The notes: generated from the sequence alone by a model not told the origin. Numbered from the stretch's first letter, positions 40,287-50,553 are shown. The stretch: DNA of 64,000 nt from Nitrospira sp. (GCA_047150005.1 AP038806.1:736001-800000); one strand, 5' to 3'. Numbers and translations: made by a program.

Positions 40287-41207
40287 TCATGTGCCCACGC
40301 GTGCCGACTTGACGGCTATGAACGCAAAGTCGGCGCAAATGGTCTTCTTGAGAAGACCGTGACGAAGCATCTTTGTGTAGGACGCATCTGACTCCAGGCG
40401 CTTGATCGGCAGACAAGGATCTCTCATGACCTCGATGTCACGGTAGCCATGTCGCAGCATCGCGCTCATGACCTTGTAGCCGTAATAGACGTATCCGTTC
40501 GAATCGACAATCTCAAACCCATTATTTCCTAGAAGCGCCTTGAGCCCGTTGATCGTATAGAGCGCACGATGGCAAGGTCTCCAAAAGTTAATATCTTCAG
40601 CGATATCACTCTCGGCATACCTATCGCACGTGATGACCGGGAGTCTCATCAGCAATTTCCCGTTCGGCTTTAATGTTGCCCATGCCCGTCGCAAGAACTC
40701 CCCCGGATGATCCAGATGCTCAAATACCGCATTGGAATACAGCACATCGACGGACGCCCTCCAGTCGGAGACGGTTGCAACCCTGTCGGCATAGATCGGA
40801 TGCCGCGCCTGGAATCGCGTCACAGCTTCCGAGTTTATGTCGACACCATAAATATTGGCCCCTTGGCTCAGGAACTGAATGAGTTCATCGCCACGCCCAA
40901 ACCCGACTTCCAGCGCTGCCCCTGCACTGCAGATGGTGTGCGCCAACCGATCAAGAATACTCAGGAATCGTCGTGTTGCCTGGCGATGAAACAGTGAATA
41001 GAGCCGTTCATACTTGACGAAAGCACTACGTCGATTTGCAATCGGTTTCACGGGAGGCTCCGAATATACCGAGTCGAAATAGCGGTTATTGTCCGTCTCG
41101 GCAGTTTCATCGGAAATGTAGTTTGCGCTTTGGCACCCAAAACAGACGGAGTATGTCCCAGCGACCGGATTCATGAGTGGACGCTGGCATGCCTTACAGG
41201 ATTTCAC
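40287..41207 (-). CDS. Class I SAM-dependent methyltransferase with an N-terminal Cys4 motif
   Basis: CKAC...CFGC, LEVGFGRG, FEHLDHP and LKPNG motifs. AGGAG RBS before GTG. Confidence 0.85.
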   Translation of the reverse strand: MKSCKACQRPLMNPVAGTYSVCFGCQSANYISDETAETDNNRYFDSVYSEPPVKPIANRRSAFVKYERLYSLFHRQATRRFLSILDRLAHTICSAGAALEVGFGRGDELIQFLSQGANIYGVDINSEAVTRFQARHPIYADRVATVSDWRASVDVLYSNAVFEHLDHPGEFLRRAWATLKPNGKLLMRLPVITCDRYAESDIAEDINFWRPCHRALYTINGLKALLGNNGFEIVDSNGYVYYGYKVMSAMLRHGYRDIEVMRDPCLPIKRLESDASYTKMLRHGLLKKTICADFAFIAVKSARVGT

Positions 41208-41322
41208 CCGGCTCGCTCCTGCCTGCTCACAAATCTCTGACCGTGACCCTGTAGGGGGACCGCGATGATGCGGCGAGACACTGATATGGAGAATGCATTT
41301 GGCATGCGCATCCCATTCTCAG

Positions 41323-42096
41323 TCATCGATCTAGGTTGACGCATTCGAAATGATCGTTAATGAATTGCTGCTTGGTCAGTGCTGGCAATTCCGGCACCAG
41401 GTTTCTGAACAAGACCACGTACCCGATCAAGTTCTCTGAGGACGAGACGCCAAAAGCCTCCTGGCGAGAATACCGAGGATGGAGTAACCGGTACTCGGCC
41501 GGCTGGCACAGCTTGCCCCGTATGAGCTCAAGATTGCAGATTCGCTTATCCACGGTCGCACGACCACTGAACTCCGGCGAACCTCCTCCCCCCTCGCAAA
41601 ACGTGAAATCGGAGGAACCTGGAACTTGAAAATCATCGATGACTACGACGCAACGTGGAACCCGAGAGACGATCAGCCCAATCTCATCCACGAGAGGCCA
41701 ATAGTCGTACCAATGGGCATCCAGGTAGAACAAGGGCAGAGGTCCCACGAGGTTCTGATCGATGATTTGCCTAAGAGCCTGCTCAGAACTTGCATGAATC
41801 ATCTTGACGTGACTAAAGCCTTTCAGCCGCTTGCTGGACGAATGAAAATATGCATCCTTCACTTCACAAGAATAGATTGGGAAACTGAAGGTCCTGGCCA
41901 TGTATTCGGTTGTGTCGCCCACGTACGTTCCGGTTTCCACAAACGAACTGATCGGCCATTGCGAACAGATGGATAGGACGAGCTGCTGGTAGCATCGGTC
42001 CCCGTGAAACGCTCGATTCGTGTCGCCGAGGATAACCGGCCAAGGCGTGTCACGAGACCCCAGCAGGGACCGCACCTTGTTCGTTAAATAACCCAT
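41323..42096 (-). CDS. Methyltransferase-like protein
   Basis: FVETGTYVGDTT, FYLDAHW and VVIDD motifs. GAGGT-containing RBS before ATG 42096. Confidence 0.7.
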   Translation of the reverse strand: MGYLTNKVRSLLGSRDTPWPVILGDTNRAFHGDRCYQQLVLSICSQWPISSFVETGTYVGDTTEYMARTFSFPIYSCEVKDAYFHSSSKRLKGFSHVKMIHASSEQALRQIIDQNLVGPLPLFYLDAHWYDYWPLVDEIGLIVSRVPRCVVVIDDFQVPGSSDFTFCEGGGGSPEFSGRATVDKRICNLELIRGKLCQPAEYRLLHPRYSRQEAFGVSSSENLIGYVVLFRNLVPELPALTKQQFINDHFECVNLDR

Positions 42097-42115
42097 GCGC
42101 GTCGCCACTTCCTCC

Positions 42116-43387
42116 TTACAATGCGAGCCGCTCGGCAGCCGCAACCGGATGAATCTCACTCGACCGAAGATTTACCAGGATTCCGCTGCCCGACGTACGC
42201 ACAGGCTGCTCTCGAATCGCCACGGAACTGATCGAGACGTGACCGATTCCTTCAACATAGTAAAAAGGCCGCTCATAGCTGGATAGACCCACAGCAAATT
42301 GGATCTCGCATGCTGCGAACGGCAAATCACACTCAAATTCCGCACAATATCGGCCAGGGGTCAGATCCTTTGGCGTCGACCAATAGGTGATTAGGGGAAC
42401 GGCTTCCAACGACATGAGGCCAACCGCTGCAATGACGTGAGGAACCGACCGTGACAAGGAGAATTCCAGATTGATGCGCCAGGGCTCTCCGACCCGAAAC
42501 TGCGCTTGCGGGCTCCCTATCTCCGTTGAGAAGGTCAATCTGCGTCCGGAACCAGGGTCATGAGGAGAAGACGGAGGCAATACTACCGTCGTGGTCAATT
42601 CAGCGGAATTCCTTGAAAGGTAGTGACCGATTACTTCTTCGGTTTCGCCGATCTTCTCGAGTTTCCCTGAATTCAGCAACAGAGTTCGATTACAGAGGGT
42701 TCGCACAGCCGCGAGATTGTGACTGACAAAAATGACAGTCCTTCCCTCTTTGACAACCATCCCCATTTTCCCCAAACACTTTCGCTGAAAGGCCACGTCA
42801 CCTACCGCAAGCACTTCGTCAAGCAGAAGGATTTCCGGATCAAGATGCGCGGCAACAGCGAAAGCCAATCGTACATGCATCCCGCTCGAATAAAACTTCA
42901 CTGGCGTATCGATGAACCGTTCTACCTCCGCAAACGCGACGATTTCGTCGAAACGCCTCGCGATCTCCGCCTTGGGTATTCCCAAAATCGCGCCATTGAG
43001 GTACACATTTTCGCGTCCGCTCAAGTCCGGATGAAATCCGGTTCCGACCTCAAGTAGAGATCCCACGCGCCCGTCGATATCGGCCCGCCCCACGGTCGGC
43101 TCGGTGATCCCGGACAGAATTTTCAGCAACGTACTCTTGCCCGATCCATTCCGGCCGATTACGCCCAAGACCTCTCCCCGGTCTACGTGAAAGGAAACAT
43201 CACGCAGTGCCCACAGTGTTGACGCCCGCCTGTCGCCTGGCTCGCGCGTATCCTGTCGTAACAGGTTTCTCAGCCGTCCCAACCAACGCCTCGCAATCGG
43301 CCGGGACAGGTTGGCATCCTGGTTCCCTACCAACGAAACTTCAAATTCTTTGCCCAATCCTTCGACTTCAATCACGGGGGTAGCCAT
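42116..43387 (-). CDS. wzt: Wzt polysaccharide ABC exporter ATPase with a C-terminal carbohydrate-binding domain
   Basis: WALRDVSF, GRNGSGKST, YSSGM.VRLAF and DEVLAVGD..FQ.KC motifs, plus a beta-rich C-terminal extension. Start trimmed to 43387. Confidence 0.93.
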   Translation of the reverse strand: MATPVIEVEGLGKEFEVSLVGNQDANLSRPIARRWLGRLRNLLRQDTREPGDRRASTLWALRDVSFHVDRGEVLGVIGRNGSGKSTLLKILSGITEPTVGRADIDGRVGSLLEVGTGFHPDLSGRENVYLNGAILGIPKAEIARRFDEIVAFAEVERFIDTPVKFYSSGMHVRLAFAVAAHLDPEILLLDEVLAVGDVAFQRKCLGKMGMVVKEGRTVIFVSHNLAAVRTLCNRTLLLNSGKLEKIGETEEVIGHYLSRNSAELTTTVVLPPSSPHDPGSGRRLTFSTEIGSPQAQFRVGEPWRINLEFSLSRSVPHVIAAVGLMSLEAVPLITYWSTPKDLTPGRYCAEFECDLPFAACEIQFAVGLSSYERPFYYVEGIGHVSISSVAIREQPVRTSGSGILVNLRSSEIHPVAAAERLAL

Positions 43388-43389
43388 CT

Positions 43390-44238
43390 TTAGACCATGT
43401 CCGCGAGTGTTCGTTCTCTTTGACGGAAAACCGCTAGCCCGGAGAAGAAGAGCGCCCCAGTGAGCACGACCGACAGGCAAAGCATAGGAGGAGATACTGC
43501 CTGATCGCCGGTCAGGGCCCATCGAAATCCCTCCACAACCCCGGCCATGGGATTGAGGGCGTACAGTAGGCGCCACTGCTCCGGCACCAGGTTTGTCGAA
43601 TACACGACCGGCGTGACAAACATGCCAATTTGAATACAGAACGGGAGTGCATACCGCAGGTCTCGATGCCGGACGCTCAGCGCAGAGACCCACAGTCCGA
43701 TTCCCAACCCTGCGGCCAGCGTGATCAAGACCAGAATAGGCAATATGACAACGGCTCCCGTGGGAACGGTTTCGTAGTAGATCAACATTCCCAGCAGACA
43801 CAGTGATGCGATCAGAAAATCCGAGAGGCTGGCGGCTATCGAAGAAACTGGAAGAACGATGCGCGGGAAAGCCACCTTGGAGAGCAGATGTTGATTGGCG
43901 ACGAGACTCGCGCTGGAGGAATTCGCCGTCGACGCGAACAACTGCCAGGGCAACAAGGCAACGTATGCAAAGAGGGGATAGGGGGTTCCAGAAGACGGGA
44001 CCTTTGCGAGCCAGCCAAAAAGAACGGTGAATACGACCATGGTCAGCAGAGGTTGGATGATCGCCCATATCGCCCCGAGAGCCATCTGTCTGTATCGAAC
44101 TGTTAGGTCTCGCCGCATCATGAAATACAACAACTCCCGCTGCTTCCACAGGTCCATAAGATTTAACGGGGCCATTCCACTCGTGGGTCTGATTCGTCGT
44201 ACGGTACTCACGGAGGTTCCCGGATGGTAGAAATCCAT
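43390..44238 (-). CDS. wzm: Wzm polysaccharide ABC exporter permease
   Basis: RELL...RDL.VRY.Q..LG..W, KV.FPR, TPVVY and LNPM motifs. Confidence 0.93.
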   Translation of the reverse strand: MDFYHPGTSVSTVRRIRPTSGMAPLNLMDLWKQRELLYFMMRRDLTVRYRQMALGAIWAIIQPLLTMVVFTVLFGWLAKVPSSGTPYPLFAYVALLPWQLFASTANSSSASLVANQHLLSKVAFPRIVLPVSSIAASLSDFLIASLCLLGMLIYYETVPTGAVVILPILVLITLAAGLGIGLWVSALSVRHRDLRYALPFCIQIGMFVTPVVYSTNLVPEQWRLLYALNPMAGVVEGFRWALTGDQAVSPPMLCLSVVLTGALFFSGLAVFRQRERTLADMV

Positions 44239-44283
44239 CTCTATTTATTCTCTTTCAGAGTGCACCATGTCGCCGTGCTCATA

Positions 44284-45438
44284 TCATCTTCCTTTGCGTC
44301 GAAGACGGGAAAACAAGCGATCAAATCTGTGTTGCCAAGTATGGTCTCTCATGACCCGTTTCTGACCGGCTTCGCGGATTCGATCCGATGGTCGTTCGTT
44401 CCGGGAATAGAACAACGCTTTCTCGACAAAATCGTCCGGCTCAGACCATGTGATGATTTCCTCTCCCAGCTTGTAGTACTGCGCGTGATCGGGAGCTTCT
44501 TGCACAAGATAGAACCCCCCTGCCATCGGGACCTCGAAATCCCGAAGCCTGCACTGCAAGTTTCGAGACCGACATACACTCATTTCACTATGCCATCCGG
44601 TGTCTGAAAAGCCCAGATTTACCTGGCTTTGATTGAAGATATCCGGAAGGGATGCATCATCGGATGGACCACGCAGGTCTGCACCTTGCAACTCCTGGAA
44701 CGGATACCTCCTGGCGTGCTTTCGTCGGAGTGGTCCCAGCAGACTCTCGACTCCCTCAGCCTTCCATCGCGGAAGTCCGTAGTAACGTAGATCATGAAGC
44801 ACCTTGTACCCATCCCACGCAAAGCGATATGGACTGGGGGCTTCCGATTTCCATCCTCGTCCAAACACAACCGGCTTGATCCCCTTGATTACGCATTGAG
44901 CAAGTAAGGCTCGACGGAACGGGTTGAAGCTCCCAGTAAAAGTCACTTCGTATTCACGATGAGCCAACGGTGCCACTCTCCGAAAATAGAAATCTGGATT
45001 GGCTGCCATCGGCATCCACTCGATATGAGGATTGTAGGGACGCAAATGCTCAACGTTGGTCAATTGGGCAACAGCCAAAAGATCAAAATAGGGGGCTGTG
45101 CGGATGACTCGATACCACTGAAATGCCATATCCACGTGGTAATTGACCATCGGTACTCTCAAGTCACGAAGCTGCCGCGCCGTTTCAACCAGCAGGAAAT
45201 CGTCATAAACGACGCAAAAGATCAGATCCAGCTTACCCGTTGCCTTAAGACTGCGCGCGAGTCCGAGCAACTGGCGGTTTAACTCATTCCGCTTTTCTCT
45301 CCATGGCTTGGACCCCAATTGGCCCATACCGCCAGGGTAGGTGAAGACTTGCAGTTCGTCGCAATAGTGCTGACGTAGAGTCTCGAGGAGATTGATCTCC
45401 ATCCAGCGATCTGGCGGCAGTATCGCAAGGACCCTCAT
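44284..45438 (-). CDS. CgeB-family glycosyltransferase
   Basis: VTFTGS, RDFEVPMAGGF and RDHTWQHR motifs. Start at ATG 45438 or TTG 45462. Confidence 0.85.
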   Translation of the reverse strand: MRVLAILPPDRWMEINLLETLRQHYCDELQVFTYPGGMGQLGSKPWREKRNELNRQLLGLARSLKATGKLDLIFCVVYDDFLLVETARQLRDLRVPMVNYHVDMAFQWYRVIRTAPYFDLLAVAQLTNVEHLRPYNPHIEWMPMAANPDFYFRRVAPLAHREYEVTFTGSFNPFRRALLAQCVIKGIKPVVFGRGWKSEAPSPYRFAWDGYKVLHDLRYYGLPRWKAEGVESLLGPLRRKHARRYPFQELQGADLRGPSDDASLPDIFNQSQVNLGFSDTGWHSEMSVCRSRNLQCRLRDFEVPMAGGFYLVQEAPDHAQYYKLGEEIITWSEPDDFVEKALFYSRNERPSDRIREAGQKRVMRDHTWQHRFDRLFSRLRRKGR

Positions 45439-45468
45439 CCTTGAGTATTCCTGGGTTGGCAATCGTAG

Positions 45469-46233
45469 CTAGAAGTCGCGCCGCTGGAAGATCAGGCAGG
45501 CGCCAGTGAGCAACAGCGCAGCATACAGTAATCCATAGGCTGTCGAAGCGGCCTGAAAGGCGGCCTCAACAGGAATACCATTCGCGGCTTGCCCCTTGAC
45601 GTTCAAGGCCTCAAGATCGGGCAGTATATAGTACAGGGCGGTCATCATGCTTTCGGCCACTGGGATTTGGCTCTTCTCTGCGATCCCCTTCAGGTCGCTC
45701 GTCAGATGCCCAATGATGTAAAGGCCTATCGTCATCGTGGCACTAAGAACAGAAGAGCTGAAGGTTGAGAAGAACATGGCTATGGCCATGACAAGCAACG
45801 TTTCCACCAGGATGAGTTCAACCGCCTGAAATAGTGATGCATGGATCGTGTTGCCCGTAAGCCAGATGGTCGCCAGGAACATGACAAACATGATCGTGAC
45901 GTTGGCAACCACAATGAATCCAAGACCAATGTATTTGCCCAGCACAAATTGGACTCTGGTTATCGGCCTCGAAAGAATCGTGTACACAGTGCGGCGTTCA
46001 ATTTCTTTCGTCACGAGGCCGATTCCGACGAAGATCGCGATGACGACTGAAACCACATTGATGGCGGCCAAACCAAGATCATTGACAATGCGGGCTTGTT
46101 CTCCGATCGTGAGTGTTCCCAACAGAACCGACGTGCCGATGAGGAGAAGCGCAAACAGCACTAGATTGTATAGAATCTTGTCCCGCACCGTTTCTCGGAA
46201 CGTATTTCCCGCGACAACCATCAGGCTCCACAT
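45469..46233 (-). CDS. ABC-2 permease, PilI/Xap-like
   Basis: NTFRETVRDKILY, KEIERRTVY.ILSRP..R..F.LGK and C-terminal FQRRDF. Pilin-adjacent context. Confidence 0.85.
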   Translation of the reverse strand: MWSLMVVAGNTFRETVRDKILYNLVLFALLLIGTSVLLGTLTIGEQARIVNDLGLAAINVVSVVIAIFVGIGLVTKEIERRTVYTILSRPITRVQFVLGKYIGLGFIVVANVTIMFVMFLATIWLTGNTIHASLFQAVELILVETLLVMAIAMFFSTFSSSVLSATMTIGLYIIGHLTSDLKGIAEKSQIPVAESMMTALYYILPDLEALNVKGQAANGIPVEAAFQAASTAYGLLYAALLLTGACLIFQRRDF

Positions 46234-46234
46234 C

Positions 46235-47167
46235 TCACACCTTTCGACCGGTCTGTTCGAGGAAGAGCTCCTCCAGCGAACCTTTGTGCGGGATGACAGA
46301 GACGAGCTTTCCACCCGCACGGCGAAGTATGGCGAGCAACTCTTCGAGATGCTCTTGCCCCGGAATGATCATGAGGCACCGCTCTCCCCGCTGTAAGATG
46401 CGGGTCGCCAGCCGTTTCACGTCCGGAAGGTCATCGCCAACCACCCCAATGCAGACGACCTCGACAGACTGCGCCAGATGTGCGCTCACAAGATCTTCAA
46501 TGCGACCCAGTGCCAGCACCCTGCCTTTTGCCAGAATGCCGACGCGGTCACATATCATCTCGACATCGGAAATAATGTGTGTGCTGAAGAACACCGTCTT
46601 GCCTTGATCGCGAAGACCGAGGATAAGATCTCGAACTTCCTTGCGACCAATGGGATCAAGGCCCGACATCGGCTCGTCAAGAATCACGAGCTCCGGATCA
46701 TGTATGAGAGCCTGAGCGAGGCCGATTCGTTGCAGCATTCCCTTGGAGAACTTCCGCAAGGGTCTGTTCCGGGCTTCCGTTAGGCTCACCCGCTCCAACA
46801 ACTGAGGGATGTGCTTCTGCACGGCTTCACGGGGCATTCCTGCGAGCCTCCCGTAGAAACGGAGAAATTCCTCTCCTGTCAGATAATCATAGAAATACGG
46901 TGATTCAGGGAGATACCCGATGCGTGCATGCACCGCCACATTGTCGGGAGAATCACCAAGGACCTCGACCTGGCCGCTCGTGGCCTTGATCAGGCCCAGC
47001 AGGATTTTCATGGTGGTGGTTTTGCCCGCGCCGTTGTGACCCACAAACCCAAAAATTTCCCCTTGCCCGACTGCAAGTGAGACGTCGGAAAGGACGGTGG
47101 CTTGATTCTCCCAAGGCCATGCCGGCTTATACGTTTTCGTGAGTCGATCGACGACTATCGCGTCCAT
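46235..47167 (-). CDS. ABC transporter ATP-binding protein, PilH/XapD-like
   Basis: [41 protein letters not shown] and SLEELF motifs. Confidence 0.9.
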   Translation of the reverse strand: MDAIVVDRLTKTYKPAWPWENQATVLSDVSLAVGQGEIFGFVGHNGAGKTTTMKILLGLIKATSGQVEVLGDSPDNVAVHARIGYLPESPYFYDYLTGEEFLRFYGRLAGMPREAVQKHIPQLLERVSLTEARNRPLRKFSKGMLQRIGLAQALIHDPELVILDEPMSGLDPIGRKEVRDLILGLRDQGKTVFFSTHIISDVEMICDRVGILAKGRVLALGRIEDLVSAHLAQSVEVVCIGVVGDDLPDVKRLATRILQRGERCLMIIPGQEHLEELLAILRRAGGKLVSVIPHKGSLEELFLEQTGRKV

Positions 47168-47262
47168 TAGGCTTTACCTTGATGTATGCGGTCAACCTGT
47201 GAGTCTGCCGTCCCTGCTTGGGCCCGGCCTGAGACAAAGCGCCTTCATATAAGCGCTTACTG

Positions 47263-47290
47263 ATCATAGCAATCACTTTCGAATGTGCAA
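47263..47290 (-). promoter_or_regulatory. Candidate internal sigma70 promoter for the ABC/glycan gene block
   Basis: The minus strand reads TTGCAC-N16-TATGAT with an extended TG, inside a 227-nt gap. Confidence 0.5.
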
Positions 47291-47394
47291 GAGTTCTTGC
47301 TGAAAGCGCAGCCGAGAATCAGTCCCTATTGATCTGCTTATTGATTTATTGGTCCGACTCGCTGATCCCGGCCACGGTGGGCGTTCGTCAGCTA

Positions 47395-48279
47395 TTACTG
47401 GAACTGACCACGCCTGCGGACGGCGATTCGCATCCGCTCTTTCACTTCGCTGCTCCGGACACGCCCCGTCGCGGAATCATAGAGATACTGCCCACCGAAC
47501 GGTTCCCGCGGCAGTTCACTGAGCAAGCCGGATCCCACCAACAGTTCCAGCCGGTCGGCTCGATGCGAATGAATACTCTGATATTGACTGAGCGCTTGTT
47601 CCAATATATGCAGATCCCGTTCAACGATCGATTCTTTGAGCCGAATCTCCAGCAGCTTTCTCACATTCTCATCTGTCGTTTCCTCATAGATCTTTGCTAA
47701 CAGATCTACGGCCTGTTGAGGCGACTTGGCCGCCACAAACAACTTTGCAGCGAGGCGTGCGAGACCATCTGGAGCTCCAGGCAAACTGGCGGCCTTGGCC
47801 ATCGACTCAGCTGCCTTGGCATCATTTTCAAGTTCGAAGTAATAGTTAATTCCCAGCAGGAATGGCAGCTGCCATTCCTGAGGATTGTGTTGCATGCCTT
47901 TCTCGAGCAAGCGATTGCTTTCCTCAGGCATGACTACCAGGGTACAAAGCGCAAGACTTCCCGCTTCATAGGCGCGCACGAATTTTGGATCGAGCGTCGT
48001 GATTCTATCTACCGCGTGGTACAACCACTGCCCGGCGCTCTCGGAGAGTTTCCGTTGCCCCATCACCTGAATCACTTGGAGCCAAAGCAGGTCTGCAGCC
48101 ACCGCACGATATCCCAGTGAGGCCATCCGCAAGTATTCGCCGTCTGGGAGATGCATCAGTTGCTGAAGTTTGGGCGTCGCATTCAACCTAGAGTGCACCG
48201 GCTGCTGGAGCAGCGCGATGAAAAGCGCCAGGAGTGCTCCGACCCCCCAGAGCGCGCGCTCAGATCCGACGGTATTCAT
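47395..48279 (-). CDS. Membrane-anchored TPR-like protein, PilG/Xap-like
   Basis: N-terminal TM, LGY...AADLLWL, TLDPKF..AY, LLEKG...NP..WQLP and LPREPFGG.Y motifs. It lies between the pilin and the PilH-like ATPase. Confidence 0.7.
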   Translation of the reverse strand: MNTVGSERALWGVGALLALFIALLQQPVHSRLNATPKLQQLMHLPDGEYLRMASLGYRAVAADLLWLQVIQVMGQRKLSESAGQWLYHAVDRITTLDPKFVRAYEAGSLALCTLVVMPEESNRLLEKGMQHNPQEWQLPFLLGINYYFELENDAKAAESMAKAASLPGAPDGLARLAAKLFVAAKSPQQAVDLLAKIYEETTDENVRKLLEIRLKESIVERDLHILEQALSQYQSIHSHRADRLELLVGSGLLSELPREPFGGQYLYDSATGRVRSSEVKERMRIAVRRRGQFQ

Positions 48280-50342
48280 CGTTCAGTCCACCGCGCCAAC
48301 GCGTTCCCGAGAGGAAAAGGATCAACATCTAGGAATTGGCGCTCAAGATCGCTCAACACCTTCCCATCATGCTTCTTCTTGGCAGCGAGGATTGCATTGA
48401 ATTGTGCTCGCGCATCCTCACTATTTCCACCACGAATCGACAGTTCTGCAAGACGCAGGCGGGCAGGCAGGAAATCCGGCTCGTATGCAACGGCTTGACG
48501 CAACCACGACCTGGCTTCCTCTTCTCTCCCTTGGGGCACCCGAATATTTGCCAATTCGAGGTAGCTCAATGGAGAGTAGGGATCGGCCTGGATGGCCTTC
48601 TCGTATACTTGCGCGGCCTCATTCAGCAGGAGGGCGCGTTCTTCCTCTGACACACTCTGCTTTGCAAGCACGCCGTATATCGTTCCCAGCCTATACGGGA
48701 AGCGCCCGTCCAAGGGGTTCAACCTCATCGCAATCTTTTCCTCAACTACCGCGTTCACCAACAATTGTGGATTCCCAGATTGATGGAACAACTGGAATGA
48801 TGTTCGTGCCGCTGCGTCGTGATATCCCGATGTGGCGGGATCAATCAGCGATGCCGTCTCGTACCATTGCAGGGCCAGTTCATGCTTCCCGGCGTGAGCC
48901 TCTACTTCACCGCGTTGGCTCGCGTACCATCCTGCGGCAGGTTGAACGACAAGCACCGCAAGCAATCCACCGGAGAGCAGAAGAAGCGCTAACCGCAGGG
49001 GATGATACGAGAAGGGCACTCTCCACTCCGTCATGCGCGAGTCCTTGAAAGTCCGAAACGGAAAGACGAGGCCTCCGCACACAACCAGCAGCATGACCAA
49101 CGCCGGTTCATGGAATACCGAATCCACCAGACCATGAGAGAGTATGACGAGTGCTCCTCCAGTCGCTCCCACCACTAGGGCTCGCTCCCAGGGCTTCATG
49201 GTGCCGCGCAAGACGATTCTGACCTCTCTCACCCACATGGCAACCCCGATCAGAAAGATCACAATCCCCACCACTCCAAGCTCAACCGCGATTTGCAAGT
49301 ATTCGTTGTGCGCCGATTCAGCTCGTTTGCCATAGCGCACAATATTGCTTTCAATGGGAAATCGATATTGGAATGACACATACTTGTACATCCCCAAACC
49401 AAATCCCAAAGGTCTATCGATGATCCTTTGAACCGAGTTCTCCCAAATCTGGGCTCGACTGAAGGCGTACGGATCCTGTTTTGAGACGAGGCTCATCCGC
49501 TCCGTGAGGGGGTTTGGTATCATCACGCCGGCGATGAGACACAAGATGAGGATAAGCAGAGCGGCTTTACCGAACCGGTACCAGCCGATGAATGCGGCAA
49601 CAGCAACCAATGCTGTCAAGGCTCCCCTGGATTGCGCGAGCAAGAATGCAGCGAAGACTACAGCCCCAATAGCCCCAAGAAACGCTCTCCGCCATCCATT
49701 TATCTCGTTCGCTCCAACGAAGAACAGCAGCGCACAAACGAAAGACAGGACCACAACTTGATATGTCGCGAAGAAATTGGGATTGAAGAACGTTCCTTTC
49801 GCCCTCGGCTCGCCTAGCCAAAGGTACTGAACGATCCCGAACGCCCCCTCAAGCGCCCCGATTGTCATTACCACTGCAAGAACTTGCTCTGCCATCCGGC
49901 ATGTCCTCACGCCCTGAACGACCAAGCCAAACAAGATCACATAGCACAGGAGACTTATGAACCATTGCATGCTCGCAGTTTTGTATGGGGCCCACGACAC
50001 AGTCAGCCCAGACCATGCCAAGAACAAAACGAGAAGGGGGACTATTCGATTCCGCGGTAACCCAATCGAACCTTCCTTTAGCTGATGAACCATCCACAAA
50101 AGCGCCGCTCCCAAGAGGGAAAGTCGAATAATCATGAATGGTAAGTGAGTGGTCCCTCCGTCGATCAACGGTGAAAAGATAATGAGGCCACCCAGCAGTA
50201 TCGCGGACGCATTCCAGGACCGGAGATGCCGCTTCAAACGCGTGGTGATATCGCCATCAACCGACAGAAAAACAGGCAAGGAGATTTCGTTTGCCTCAGT
50301 GGTGAGAGCATTGCGTCTTTCCGAGCGTTCGATCATGGTCAT
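48276..50342 (-). CDS. O-antigen ligase (Wzy_C)-family protein with C-terminal TPR repeats; candidate pilin O-oligosaccharyltransferase
   Basis: Many TM segments, RAKGTFFNPN, QSRGA, GFGLG.Y and SAHNEYLQIAVELG motifs, then TPR-like units ending in DP/NP. Confidence 0.88.
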   Translation of the reverse strand: MTMIERSERRNALTTEANEISLPVFLSVDGDITTRLKRHLRSWNASAILLGGLIIFSPLIDGGTTHLPFMIIRLSLLGAALLWMVHQLKEGSIGLPRNRIVPLLVLFLAWSGLTVSWAPYKTASMQWFISLLCYVILFGLVVQGVRTCRMAEQVLAVVMTIGALEGAFGIVQYLWLGEPRAKGTFFNPNFFATYQVVVLSFVCALLFFVGANEINGWRRAFLGAIGAVVFAAFLLAQSRGALTALVAVAAFIGWYRFGKAALLILILCLIAGVMIPNPLTERMSLVSKQDPYAFSRAQIWENSVQRIIDRPLGFGLGMYKYVSFQYRFPIESNIVRYGKRAESAHNEYLQIAVELGVVGIVIFLIGVAMWVREVRIVLRGTMKPWERALVVGATGGALVILSHGLVDSVFHEPALVMLLVVCGGLVFPFRTFKDSRMTEWRVPFSYHPLRLALLLLSGGLLAVLVVQPAAGWYASQRGEVEAHAGKHELALQWYETASLIDPATSGYHDAAARTSFQLFHQSGNPQLLVNAVVEEKIAMRLNPLDGRFPYRLGTIYGVLAKQSVSEEERALLLNEAAQVYEKAIQADPYSPLSYLELANIRVPQGREEEARSWLRQAVAYEPDFLPARLRLAELSIRGGNSEDARAQFNAILAAKKKHDGKVLSDLERQFLDVDPFPLGNALARWTER

Positions 50343-50476
50343 TGTAGAATCAACAAGTCCGGCATAGCCGGGACTTGCTTAAAGCACATTGCTGTCAACC
50401 CTGACAGGGCCCTGCTCAATAACAAGTCCAGAATTTCTCTTTCTTTCCTGTCTGTCAAGACATTGTAGAAACGGCA

Positions 50477-50512
50477 AGAGGGAGGAGAATCTTTCGAGAT
50501 TCCCCTCCCTCT
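50477..50512 (-). terminator. Long stem-loop downstream of pilA
   Basis: AGAGGGAGGGGAATCT-CGAA-AGATTCTCCTCCCTCT, a 16-bp stem with one G-U pair, ~40 nt after the pilA stop. The U-tract is weak. Confidence 0.7.
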
Positions 50513-50553
50513 CACTGCAGCGGTGTCTTCAGTCACCGCCTTAGCCCGACGTC

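Noticed and set aside
43388..44149. Apparent ~250-aa N-terminal extension of Wzt (677-aa ORF), suggesting a fusion
   Set aside because: It overlaps wzm in another frame; the real start is ATG 43387. Similar over-extensions were trimmed for murU, the flavoenzyme, the epimerase, the protease and pilA.
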